From a virus (Duplodnaviria; Caudoviricetes), in IMG/VR virus record IMGVR_UViG_3300032038_000003, positions 64,001-128,000 of that record: a stretch of 64,000 nucleotides of DNA. One strand, given 5' to 3'. Both the position numbers and the translations under genes were made by a program. The notes under the pieces are model-generated. The model worked only from the letters and a program-made list of their open reading frames with translations. It ran no database searches and was not told where the DNA came from. Below, in pieces: positions 17,426-26,220 of the stretch. Position 1 is the stretch's first letter. Each line of letters opens with the position of its first letter.

Positions 17426-18451
17426 TTAATCCTCCTTTTGATTTTGCATTGCTTCTTTAAGTTTTGCTATGGCTTTACGTTTATGACTGCCAATCGTAGA
17501 ACGAGAATATCCATATAAATTTGCGAGAGTGTCTTCGTTTTGATGTCTTGCGTATGACAATACAAGAAGTTCTCTTTCATATGGAGTTAACGATCTAAAG
17601 ATTGGACTGCATACAGCTCCATTGATCCAATTAAAATTCAATGCGTCGTCACTGTAAATATCAATTTCTTCTTCTTTAACGGTTAATAGATTGCTGTTTT
17701 GTAATGCAAGCTGACGATCTATCATATCTATAACCGTATTATATTCGAATAATGCCTTTTCATCAACAGGAACCATAGAATGTGTAATATTATTAGTATC
17801 TGTATCATAATCATTTTCATCTTCGTCGGTCAATTGCATTAAATTAGCACTAATTAATGGGTCTTTTGATAAGTCCTTAAGAAAATGAAAGGCTTCAAAA
17901 TGAAAACATTTTTTGACATACAAATGAAAACTACCATTTGGTTTATATTTAGGATCATCTGGATCAGTAATAATTTTATATTTATTAGCCATATTTAAAA
18001 GAGCAAGTACGAGAGTATTATAAATATCTCCATACTCATATCTTTTAAATAAAGAATAAATATAATCACAAGTATCCTTAATATCAAACTTTTCTTTTGC
18101 TTTGCTACCAGAGAAAAGCTTGATAAAATTTAAGACACTAGGATAAATCTTGTTAATATCTTTTCCAGGAATTTTTACATACGGCAATTTATGCAGCACA
18201 ATAAAATGAGCATAAGTATGTAATGTTCTATGAAATGCCTTGATGATGTATTCAGTTGCTTCTCTATCCCCATCTTTAAAAAGAACAAGGTTACGCTGTA
18301 GATTAGCATAATCTTGTTCAGTAAAATTCGTAGTATCATCTTGTGGATCGAAGTCATTTAGATAAGTATCGTCTAATGCTCGTAGATATTTATAATCATC
18401 GTCGTTTAATGAATTTTCAAAAGCCTGTGATTTTGTTTGTTCTTCTTCCAT
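17426..18451 (-). CDS. Phage sigma70-family RNA polymerase sigma factor
   Basis: KDGDREATEYIIKAF (region 1.2/2.1-like); region 4 HTH LTPYERELLVLSY...LANLYGYSRSTIGSHKRKAIAKLK. Confidence 0.8.
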   Translation of the reverse strand: MEEEQTKSQAFENSLNDDDYKYLRALDDTYLNDFDPQDDTTNFTEQDYANLQRNLVLFKDGDREATEYIIKAFHRTLHTYAHFIVLHKLPYVKIPGKDINKIYPSVLNFIKLFSGSKAKEKFDIKDTCDYIYSLFKRYEYGDIYNTLVLALLNMANKYKIITDPDDPKYKPNGSFHLYVKKCFHFEAFHFLKDLSKDPLISANLMQLTDEDENDYDTDTNNITHSMVPVDEKALFEYNTVIDMIDRQLALQNSNLLTVKEEEIDIYSDDALNFNWINGAVCSPIFRSLTPYERELLVLSYARHQNEDTLANLYGYSRSTIGSHKRKAIAKLKEAMQNQKED

Positions 18452-18453
18452 CG

Positions 18454-18945
18454 CTATTCCTTTAAATTTAAAATATAAGATAAACCTATAGAGATAGCGT
18501 CGTAAATATCACTAGTCTTTTGTTTATTCGCTTTATCACTATAAGGACCAATTTGAGCTTCTAAGTACGGATAGTATTTTAATACTTCTTCCGCTACTTG
18601 CTCTTTCTTGGCATTACCAGGTAGACCAAAATTTTTTCTAATCTCTGAAGGTTGTCTGTGTACTACTATACGTTTTTGCTGTCTGAAGTAAAAGATAGTA
18701 GCACCACGCAATTCTGAAAGTTGTAAGCCAGTTTTTGCGTTTTTACCAATGAAGCCATCTTCAAGAATGACATGTGGAGCTTCTGGTAAAAAGCTTAGTT
18801 TAGTAATAATTTGCTCTATCCTATCATCAGTAGAATCTTTTGCAGTTGTATTTATTTTACCCTTACATACAAGTTTAAGGGTATCACTATCAATCACTGC
18901 ATAACCAGTGCTAGACAGTGAAGGGTCCAGAGATAATATCAGCAT
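18454..18945 (-). CDS. ruvC: RuvC-like Holliday junction resolvase
   Basis: ILSLDPSLSSTGYA, ILEDGF, GNAKKEQV, DIYDAISIG. Confidence 0.88.
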   Translation of the reverse strand: MLILSLDPSLSSTGYAVIDSDTLKLVCKGKINTTAKDSTDDRIEQIITKLSFLPEAPHVILEDGFIGKNAKTGLQLSELRGATIFYFRQQKRIVVHRQPSEIRKNFGLPGNAKKEQVAEEVLKYYPYLEAQIGPYSDKANKQKTSDIYDAISIGLSYILNLKE

Positions 18946-18950
18946 ATAAA

Positions 18951-19106
18951 TCAGTCCTTTATAGTAAGATTAGGTTTATTCTTGTCTTTGTTTTCTTCGT
19001 TTTCATCAAAACCATCAATGATTTGTTTTGCGATGGTTTCATCAACTTGAGTTTCGTTATTGTCGTCGATAACGAATTTTCCAGAATCGAGTTTCATATC
19101 TAACAT
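18951..19106 (-). CDS. 51-aa acidic protein (not in ORF track)
   Basis: RBS AAGGAGG; MLDMKLDSGKFVIDDNNETQVDETIAKQIIDGFDENEENKDKNKPNLTIKD*. Confidence 0.65.
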   Translation of the reverse strand: MLDMKLDSGKFVIDDNNETQVDETIAKQIIDGFDENEENKDKNKPNLTIKD

Positions 19107-19121
19107 AATTTACCTCCTTAA

Positions 19122-19150
19122 ATTATACTATTTATAAGCTATTTATGCAA
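19122..19150 (-). promoter_or_regulatory. Putative sigma-A promoter upstream of the ruvC-sigma-holin run
   Basis: TTGCAT-17-TATAAT on the minus strand. Confidence 0.65.
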
Positions 19151-19986
19151 ATATTACGATATTCGCAATGGTAACATTGTTTGTCTGGAGAAATACATTT
19201 TATATTATTTTGAATACTCAAAACAACATTTTTGACCGTTTGTTTTAATAGATTATATTCTTTATCTGTATATGTAGTTACAGTTGTTTTCTTGGTTTCG
19301 ATTTCGATTGTGACCACTTGAAAATAATCTACATTAAAGGTTTCTTTAAATGCATACGCAGCGGCCATTAATTCAATGTCGAACTGTCGTGCAATATTAG
19401 TATTAAAACGATTAGTGAAAGTAATAAACTTTACTAGTTGAATTACTTTTTTATTGTTAACGGTATATTCTCGTACATATTCATATGTTCCCGTTAGAAT
19501 AACATTAGGAATAATTTCTATCTGGTATTTATGTCCTATAATAATTGGACATTGCTTATCCTTAAGCATTATGTCGTTAAAATTAAAAATAGCATCGATA
19601 CCTTTTTTACGTAACTGCTCATATGAATTTTTCCATATTGAAGAGCGAGTAATTAAAATATCTTTGGTATTCTTATATTTTATCCATTCCTTACCCCATC
19701 TGTATTTTAAAAATTCAAGCGTACTATCTAGTCTATTTTCTTGTAAGGCTAATAAGTATGCATAAAATGTTCGATGTAAAGATTTATCATATAATGCTCG
19801 AACGTTGATTTCATTTTGATCTTCGTTCTTTAAATCATAGTATTGAGGACAGAAACAAAAATCTCTTACGTCCGCAATATCTATTATAAGTTTATTATTA
19901 ATATCAAGAGGGGTGGATGCAATATACAAATCATTGATTTGTATTTTGTTGTTTAAGTCTCTTGGAGACTGCACTTTTGTAAGCAT
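19132..19986 (-). CDS. Cas4/AddB-like PD-(D/E)XK-superfamily protein, catalytic motif degenerate
   Basis: N-terminal CP and C-terminal CYHCEYRNIC Fe-S-type ligands; GTYE/LVKFIT where GxID/DYK is expected. Confidence 0.65.
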   Translation of the reverse strand: MLTKVQSPRDLNNKIQINDLYIASTPLDINNKLIIDIADVRDFCFCPQYYDLKNEDQNEINVRALYDKSLHRTFYAYLLALQENRLDSTLEFLKYRWGKEWIKYKNTKDILITRSSIWKNSYEQLRKKGIDAIFNFNDIMLKDKQCPIIIGHKYQIEIIPNVILTGTYEYVREYTVNNKKVIQLVKFITFTNRFNTNIARQFDIELMAAAYAFKETFNVDYFQVVTIEIETKKTTVTTYTDKEYNLLKQTVKNVVLSIQNNIKCISPDKQCYHCEYRNICINSL

Positions 19987-20284
19987 TTAAATTAGCACCA
20001 CTTTCCCTTTCTGCTATCAATCCAGGAGTACCTCTATCAAGTTGATTGAATACATTTTGTTCACAATCCCAATGTACATGCCATTTAAATTCATGTTTTC
20101 TAATCTTAGGATCTTTAGAGAAGTCTTCTGGCAACATTGGTTTACCACACATCTGGCAAATAATATATTCGCCAGGTTTTGGTGGTGGTGGAACCATCCA
20201 ATCTTTTCCTCTTGCTCTATCTTCAGCAGCATATGCGGCTGAATTAGCAGCCACATATTGAGCCATTTGTTCTGTATTAGGCAT
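19931..20284 (-). CDS. Zinc-finger hypothetical protein
   Basis: CQMCG...HWDC. Confidence 0.6.
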   Translation of the reverse strand: MPNTEQMAQYVAANSAAYAAEDRARGKDWMVPPPPKPGEYIICQMCGKPMLPEDFSKDPKIRKHEFKWHVHWDCEQNVFNQLDRGTPGLIAERESGANLNAYKSAVSKRLKQQNTNQ

Positions 20285-20663
20285 TTGTAACCTCCGAATC
20301 TAAAGCTTCAATTGCTTTATAGATATAATCATCTACTGGAATAGCGAAGTTTTCTGGTTTAATCATTTTTTCTCTGTCCTCATATGTATGAGTACAAATA
20401 GGAATTTGACATGTTTGGCAAGCAACGTATAAGTGGCTTGCTTTATTCATACACTTGTCACAGATAGGACATGGATTGTATCTAGGACAAGTATGGAATT
20501 TCTTTTCTTTCTGTTCAAAAACAATTCTATTTGGTGAGCCAAGTTTTTGGTTCTTCAGATATCTTCTTAACTTTTGCTCTTCAAATTTAGGAATACCATT
20601 TTCGTCTGGTGCTCCAGCTGCAATTTCTTGTAAACCATCTAAGATGCTATATTTTCCTGGCAT
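20277..20663 (-). CDS. Cys-rich hypothetical protein
   Basis: CP...CPICDKC...CQTCQIPIC; RBS AAGGAGG. Confidence 0.65.
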   Translation of the reverse strand: MPGKYSILDGLQEIAAGAPDENGIPKFEEQKLRRYLKNQKLGSPNRIVFEQKEKKFHTCPRYNPCPICDKCMNKASHLYVACQTCQIPICTHTYEDREKMIKPENFAIPVDDYIYKAIEALDSEVTNA

Positions 20664-20687
20664 GATTAGTCCTCCTTATTTTTATTA

Positions 20688-20716
20688 ATTGTAGCATACG
20701 ACTACACTTAAGTAAA
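20688..20716 (-). promoter_or_regulatory. Putative sigma-A promoter
   Basis: TTTACT-17-TACAAT with extended -10 TG. Confidence 0.5.
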
Positions 20717-21208
20717 GTTGTACTTAGTTCTGAAGCGATATGAAACATCTTGAATCTTATTATTTACTATCTTATACATAACTTGGTTAGTAGTCATACT
20801 TGATAATCCGCCCTTTTTGTAATCATATTTGCCAAGTTTAAGATAGTCTAAAAGATTATCTTTGATTAAATCCGTAAAGAAAGCTATGTCGTTTAAACCA
20901 GAATATACACATGTCTTTAAGTTATAATCATCTTTGATATGCTTACAAAGATTATATAATTCTTGCATATTCTGATCTCCACCCATAAAGCATACACAGG
21001 AAATGAATTCTTTATTTACGGAGAGGACCTTGTCCAGATCCTCTCCAATAAAGTTACCTTCATATTCCCATAAATATTGTGAATGACATTGTTCACACTT
21101 ATGAGGACAACCGCTAATGTTAAATGCCAGAGAAATTTCATCTGGAACTTCTTGGCATACAATTGCGTAGCCTCGATATTTTAATGGAAGATTAGAAGTT
21201 TTGTCCAT
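20708..21208 (-). CDS. nrdG: Anaerobic ribonucleotide reductase activating enzyme (radical SAM)
   Basis: QEVPDEISLAFNISGCPHKCEQCH, FMGGD, TTNQ; start at ATG 21208. Confidence 0.93.
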   Translation of the reverse strand: MDKTSNLPLKYRGYAIVCQEVPDEISLAFNISGCPHKCEQCHSQYLWEYEGNFIGEDLDKVLSVNKEFISCVCFMGGDQNMQELYNLCKHIKDDYNLKTCVYSGLNDIAFFTDLIKDNLLDYLKLGKYDYKKGGLSSMTTNQVMYKIVNNKIQDVSYRFRTKYNFT

Positions 21209-23075
21209 TAATGTAATACCTCTTACTTGCTTCGATCTGTCTTTGTTCAGAGAATTTAGATACTCTCTTAAGATATCCAATTACTCTGGTTGCCCAATCA
21301 ACGTTTTCTGAACCGCATCTTGGACACTTATCAAACTTATGCTTGCTGATATAGCCACAGTCATTACATATAGTATTAGGTATATTAAAAGTAAGATAAC
21401 CACATCCTGTACGTACTGCATTGAGCATGATTTTCTTATATTGCTCTTGAGAGAGATGCTCTTCAAGATTCATATGTAATGCTGATCCACCATCAAGCCA
21501 CTTAGTTGTTTTTTCACCATGCAAAACAAGTTTATCAATGATAGACAATCTATCGTCATCTGGTTTATAGAAGTATGAATTATAGCAATCTCTTGGAGAG
21601 AAGTATCCATCTTCTTTATCCCACTTTGCATTCTTAACGCCAAGGTTTTCAGCTGGAACATATTCTGTATTGAACATGATCTTATTTGTCTTTGCGGCCT
21701 TATTTTCTTCGTAAATAGGCTTAAGACATGCAGTACAGAATTCAAAGTAATCATCGTTAGGAGAAATATCAATACCAAGATATTCTGCTCCTTCAATAAG
21801 GCCATTAATTCCTATAGTAAGGAACTGCTTATCCATATTGATATATCCAGCATCATATACTGGCATCAGTCCAGCCTTTAAGTTGCATTCAAGGATAGAG
21901 TTATATGAGATTAAATACTTATGTACTTTTCTCACTTGTTCTCTAATCGAAGCATCTAATTTAGCGTGATCAATATCGTTTTGATATTCTTCAGCAGATT
22001 TGTATGTATTCTGAATTAATCTGTTGAAGTTAATAGTGATAACACATTTACTTCCAGTTGCTACACCACCAGCACCAAGAGTATATGAGAACGTGTTATC
22101 CTGTAATTCGTTACGTAATCTACAACAAGATGCAAGGCTGTCTACTGTCTGGCTTGTGTACATAAAGAATGAATGGCCTTCTGCCCACATACTTGCAATG
22201 AAGTCAGCAAATTCATCATCATCAAAGTATGGTTCATTGTTTTCATCAAAGCCAGATAACAGATTTACTGTTTCTACTGGGAATGTCAGAATGGCTCTTA
22301 ATCTTTCTTGATTAAACCATTTCATGAAGCGTCTCTGAAGCCACATAACAGATTCAAAGTTAGGAACAGATCCATCTGGAAATACAAAGTCTTCAAAGAT
22401 ACTATTAAAATATGCCTTGTCAAAATAAGCAATGTTCCAGAATACACTCTGATAATTTCTTGCAGCTGCTGGCTGGTTAAGAGAGTATACGATCTCTTGC
22501 CAGTACTGAACTATCAACTCTTCAATAGAGCGATGTTTTCTTGAACAATCCGCCTGTTTGGTTGGATGTTTATAGTAATCATCACCGTATTCAATTCTGA
22601 TAAAGTAATCCATATAAGTAAGAAACTCTGGAGTACTTACAGCACCAGCAAACTGAGCAGCAATTGCAAATACAAGATTTACAAAAGAACCACAGAAAGA
22701 TTGGAGATTCTTTGGTGCTTCTGAAATACCACCAACCTCTTTCATTCCATTAAATAAAAATGGATACATTGTAATACTTACACAGTAAGGTAACTCTGGA
22801 TTAGTCTCGTCATGCTTATAAATCTCATGATTATCAAGCTGACGTAAATATTCTTCAGACATATCTTCGCCATATAATTCATATAACTTATCTCCCATCT
22901 GAAGTCTATTAATGCCGATAAAGAGTTCCTTTGGTAATTCACCAGTTAAAGTAGTAACATTCTTGTTTTCCACATTAGCATTAGCATCAAATTTACTACC
23001 AGTTGATGCGTTACTTACTTCCTTGTATCTTTTGATGAATTTAATGTACGGTCTATATTGTTCATACTTTGTCAT
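21192..23075 (-). CDS. nrdD: Class III anaerobic ribonucleoside-triphosphate reductase (no ATP cone)
   Basis: PYCVS, TFPVET, SCCRL, VPAENLG, CNDCG/CPRCG, glycyl-radical RVIGY. Confidence 0.96.
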   Translation of the reverse strand: MTKYEQYRPYIKFIKRYKEVSNASTGSKFDANANVENKNVTTLTGELPKELFIGINRLQMGDKLYELYGEDMSEEYLRQLDNHEIYKHDETNPELPYCVSITMYPFLFNGMKEVGGISEAPKNLQSFCGSFVNLVFAIAAQFAGAVSTPEFLTYMDYFIRIEYGDDYYKHPTKQADCSRKHRSIEELIVQYWQEIVYSLNQPAAARNYQSVFWNIAYFDKAYFNSIFEDFVFPDGSVPNFESVMWLQRRFMKWFNQERLRAILTFPVETVNLLSGFDENNEPYFDDDEFADFIASMWAEGHSFFMYTSQTVDSLASCCRLRNELQDNTFSYTLGAGGVATGSKCVITINFNRLIQNTYKSAEEYQNDIDHAKLDASIREQVRKVHKYLISYNSILECNLKAGLMPVYDAGYINMDKQFLTIGINGLIEGAEYLGIDISPNDDYFEFCTACLKPIYEENKAAKTNKIMFNTEYVPAENLGVKNAKWDKEDGYFSPRDCYNSYFYKPDDDRLSIIDKLVLHGEKTTKWLDGGSALHMNLEEHLSQEQYKKIMLNAVRTGCGYLTFNIPNTICNDCGYISKHKFDKCPRCGSENVDWATRVIGYLKRVSKFSEQRQIEASKRYYINGQNF

Positions 23076-23087
23076 AATTCTTACCTC

Positions 23088-23288
23088 TTATAAATTTTTG
23101 ACATATTCTAATGCCTGTGGAAATGCTAAATTGTTATCGTCTACTCCTAAAACTGGAACAGACATAAAACCTTTTTCTAACATTACGTCAATGTCTGTCA
23201 CTGATTCGTATTCGACACCTTTCTCTTGTAATACCCTTTCAAGTATCATACATTTAGGGCATCCGTCAGAATGATATAGCGTAATCAT
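23088..23288 (-). CDS. Glutaredoxin-like (NrdH-like) protein
   Basis: CPKC active site, SVPVL; adjacent to nrdD. Confidence 0.85.
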   Translation of the reverse strand: MITLYHSDGCPKCMILERVLQEKGVEYESVTDIDVMLEKGFMSVPVLGVDDNNLAFPQALEYVKNL

Positions 23289-23302
23289 AAGCAACATCCT
23301 CC

Positions 23303-23683
23303 TTAAATTATCCAGTTGATTTTATTTTCACTTAGTTTTGTGTCATTGTTAAACTTGTCTATCATGGCAAGTATTGTGCTTTCTACATCCTTCTCAATCA
23401 TCTTGGATTGGCATTTCTGTAAAAAGTCATCGAATAACCAGCCTTTACCAATCGTAATGTTACGCTCTGCATTATATAAATAAAGATTGTAACATTGATT
23501 TAAAAGCTCGGTTTTAATGTAATAAATATTAGGGTCAGCATAATTAGTAACTGTATCTGTAGCAAAATTTTTAATGACCTGATCTACTCCAGCTAACTCT
23601 CCAAATAGAGTAGCGTATTTAGGATTAGCTTTTGCAAGTTGACCAAGATCATTCAGATTGATTCCCAATTCTTGTTTGATCAT
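23303..23683 (-). CDS. Hypothetical protein
   Basis: Start MIKQELG after AAGGAG. Confidence 0.6.
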   Translation of the reverse strand: MIKQELGINLNDLGQLAKANPKYATLFGELAGVDQVIKNFATDTVTNYADPNIYYIKTELLNQCYNLYLYNAERNITIGKGWLFDDFLQKCQSKMIEKDVESTILAMIDKFNNDTKLSENKINWII

Positions 23684-24080
23684 CGTCGTTCTCCTTATCA
23701 AATAAATTCTTCAAAGGTACGTTCTTACTTAATCTGTATAAGATAGTTGTTCTTGGTACGCCAGTAATTCTACTCCATTCGGATATATTTTTTGTTTCAC
23801 CATCAATAGTAAGATAGTTGGCATTTACTGGATCATGAGTTTTGTAATATTCTTTTAGATTTTCTCCACCTTGCTGTCCTTTAAGGTGTCCGCATGATTT
23901 AATAAATCCACGTTTGATACCATAAAGAGGAGCAATTATTTCGTTTCCACAAGAACATTGACATCGCACCCAAGGGCCGCCGTAAGCTTTGTACTTATCT
24001 CCATCATCTGGTTTGTCGCTGTAAGATAAGATTTTTAATTCGTTGATTGTCACCCCAAGTTTGATTTCGTATTCGTTCAT
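23649..24080 (-). CDS. HNH homing-endonuclease-related protein lacking the nuclease core
   Basis: WVRCQCSCG...KSCG N-module joined directly to an LTIDGETKNISEWSRITGVPRTTILYRL HTH module. Confidence 0.6.
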   Translation of the reverse strand: MNEYEIKLGVTINELKILSYSDKPDDGDKYKAYGGPWVRCQCSCGNEIIAPLYGIKRGFIKSCGHLKGQQGGENLKEYYKTHDPVNANYLTIDGETKNISEWSRITGVPRTTILYRLSKNVPLKNLFDKENDDDQTRIGNQSE

Positions 24081-24095
24081 CGATCTTTACTTCCT

Positions 24096-25778
24096 TTATC
24101 CATAGACTATACTTGTATAAGTTTTTTGTGCTTGTGGATCGCTTTCTTTTAAATAAGCCATGTCTGGATAAAATTCAAAAAAGTTACGACCCTTATAAGT
24201 TCCATATTTATTTTTAGCAAAATGTACTTCGAATATTGGTTGCTTGTAAGGATTATTATTTATCGAGTAATATATGTTAGCACCTTCGCCTTTATAATGG
24301 ACTTCATTATAAACAAGCAGAACTGCTTTAGCTGCATATTTAATTTTAACGGATTCTCTCATATCATCTAATTGAGGTCTTCTTGTGCCGTTAAGCTTTT
24401 TTAATTCAGCAGAGCATATCATTGTAATGTTATATTTCGTAGAAAAATCCTGGCACCATTGAGCAAGAGTATCAAACTTGTCTTTTGCAGACAGATTAGG
24501 TTGATCTCTTATGTCCATGTCATGAAAGTTGTCTATAAAGACTACCAGTTTTTTATTTATTTGATGTTCATCAAAATAGATTAGCTTTTTTACTATTTCG
24601 TCTCCTATATCCTCAACAAATGTAGAAAAAGACGAATCGTATGCTCTGTATTTATCAGTCATATTTCTTAATGCAATCAATGTTTTTTTACGTCTGATAA
24701 GCATTAAGGGATAGTTCTGATATTTTAATGGTGTTTTGACTGAGTTGATTACTATTTGTCCAGAACATGCAGCCATTCTTGCAAGTTTGTCTGGCATTGC
24801 ATCATCCAGTGAAAAATCCATTACATAAACATCATCATTCTTACTAATGACATTCCATGCAAGATTACAGATTAGTGCCGATTTACCAAGGTTACTATCA
24901 CCAGCAATCATTACAACGCCAGGATAAAGTCCACCACCAAAAGCATTATCTATACAGTCATAACCAGTTTTGATTCCAACATTGGCTGGAGACCATGCCG
25001 CCTTTTCGAAGTTATCTAAAGTTTCCCACATAGCCAACTGATAATCTTCTGTTGGTTTTGCGGGGAAATTAAATGTAACGGTCTGTTGCTGACCATTCAT
25101 ACTCACACTAGTTACTTCTTGATAAGCTTGATCTTGTGTAGGAATAACTGGAGAGTAGAAAGCAGAGTCTTGTATTGTAATATTAGCACCAGTTTCTTCG
25201 TCTTTAACTGTAATAACATTGTTCGTTGTATTATTACTCATAAGATTACCAACGCTGGTTAACTTATTAAAGCCATAGAAACCAGTTTTTGTTCCTTTCG
25301 ATCTAAGATTAGGATCAAGAATCAAATCATCTGATTGGTACAGATTTAATGTTTGAACATCAGCTAATCCAGCAACAAGAATTTCGTTATCTGATATCTT
25401 AAGATTAATAATCTGTGGGTAAGTATTCTGTTTGAAAATGATAGGAAATTTACCATATTCAACTGTCTTAATACCTATTCCTAACGATTGGATATCTGGA
25501 ACATTGTACTGTTTAGAGTTACCAATCGTCCAATCGATGATGTTAATTCCCAATACTATTTCGAGTGCAGCCTCACCTAAAAGACCAGTATAGAATCTTT
25601 TAAACTCTCTTTCTCCATCTATTTGATGCTGAACTTCATTCTGCTGTTTATACGCAATAAGTTGCTGTATAAAAGCTTTAATCTTATCAGTAGTCTGTTG
25701 TGGAACAACGACTTTCTGAAAAGATTGTATAAATGGTTCAACACATGTTGAGTAGTTAATTTGAGCCTGTACTTCCAA
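24096..25778 (-). CDS. dnaB: DnaB-like replicative helicase with an N-terminal PD-(D/E)XK-like domain
   Basis: TGYDCID, Walker A AGDSNLGKS, Walker B VFIDNFH, RPQLDDMRES, AKNKYG; N-terminal GEAALE...PDI...IGIKT. Confidence 0.85.
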   Translation of the reverse strand: MEVQAQINYSTCVEPFIQSFQKVVVPQQTTDKIKAFIQQLIAYKQQNEVQHQIDGEREFKRFYTGLLGEAALEIVLGINIIDWTIGNSKQYNVPDIQSLGIGIKTVEYGKFPIIFKQNTYPQIINLKISDNEILVAGLADVQTLNLYQSDDLILDPNLRSKGTKTGFYGFNKLTSVGNLMSNNTTNNVITVKDEETGANITIQDSAFYSPVIPTQDQAYQEVTSVSMNGQQQTVTFNFPAKPTEDYQLAMWETLDNFEKAAWSPANVGIKTGYDCIDNAFGGGLYPGVVMIAGDSNLGKSALICNLAWNVISKNDDVYVMDFSLDDAMPDKLARMAACSGQIVINSVKTPLKYQNYPLMLIRRKKTLIALRNMTDKYRAYDSSFSTFVEDIGDEIVKKLIYFDEHQINKKLVVFIDNFHDMDIRDQPNLSAKDKFDTLAQWCQDFSTKYNITMICSAELKKLNGTRRPQLDDMRESVKIKYAAKAVLLVYNEVHYKGEGANIYYSINNNPYKQPIFEVHFAKNKYGTYKGRNFFEFYPDMAYLKESDPQAQKTYTSIVYG

Positions 25779-26220
25779 ATCCGCCTTCTCCTCTTTCAGT
25801 TTCTGTAAGTTTATCTAAAGTAACTGTTTCGAATATTACTTTCGGAACTGGCATAAAAATTACTTGTGCGATACGTTCACCGTTAGCAATGGTTCTTACT
25901 TCGTTACCATGGTTATGTAATGGAACGAACCATTCGCCACGATAGTCGCTATCTATGACACCAACTTTATTTGCTGGAGCAAGGTCTTGCTTAGTAGCTA
26001 ATCCGCTACGAGCAAATACAAGTCCAACATATCCGTCGGGGATCTCTGTTTTGATACCAACAGATAACTTTGCAGTCTGTCCTGGAGCAATCTCAACTAC
26101 GGTATTAGGATCAATACAAGCGTAGAGATCAGCACCAGCTGCAAATTCTGAACCAAAAGTAGGTTCATGAGCATTTTCATTAGTAAGAGTAACTAGTACA
26201 TTAATCGATTCTGATTGCAT
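25756..26220 (-). CDS. dut: Trimeric dUTPase
   Basis: AGADL, ARSGLA, GVIDSDYRGE, ERIAQ, RGEGGFGSTG. Confidence 0.96.
   Translation of the reverse strand: MQSESINVLVTLTNENAHEPTFGSEFAAGADLYACIDPNTVVEIAPGQTAKLSVGIKTEIPDGYVGLVFARSGLATKQDLAPANKVGVIDSDYRGEWFVPLHNHGNEVRTIANGERIAQVIFMPVPKVIFETVTLDKLTETERGEGGFGSTGSN

Noticed and set aside
19129-19136. T4-like late promoter TATAAATA on the minus strand
   Set aside because: Single instance inside a better sigma-A match, and not repeated before structural genes
21192-25778. Introns or inteins in nrdD or dnaB
   Set aside because: Both frames are continuous with normal motif spacing; no intein C/S...HN boundaries seen
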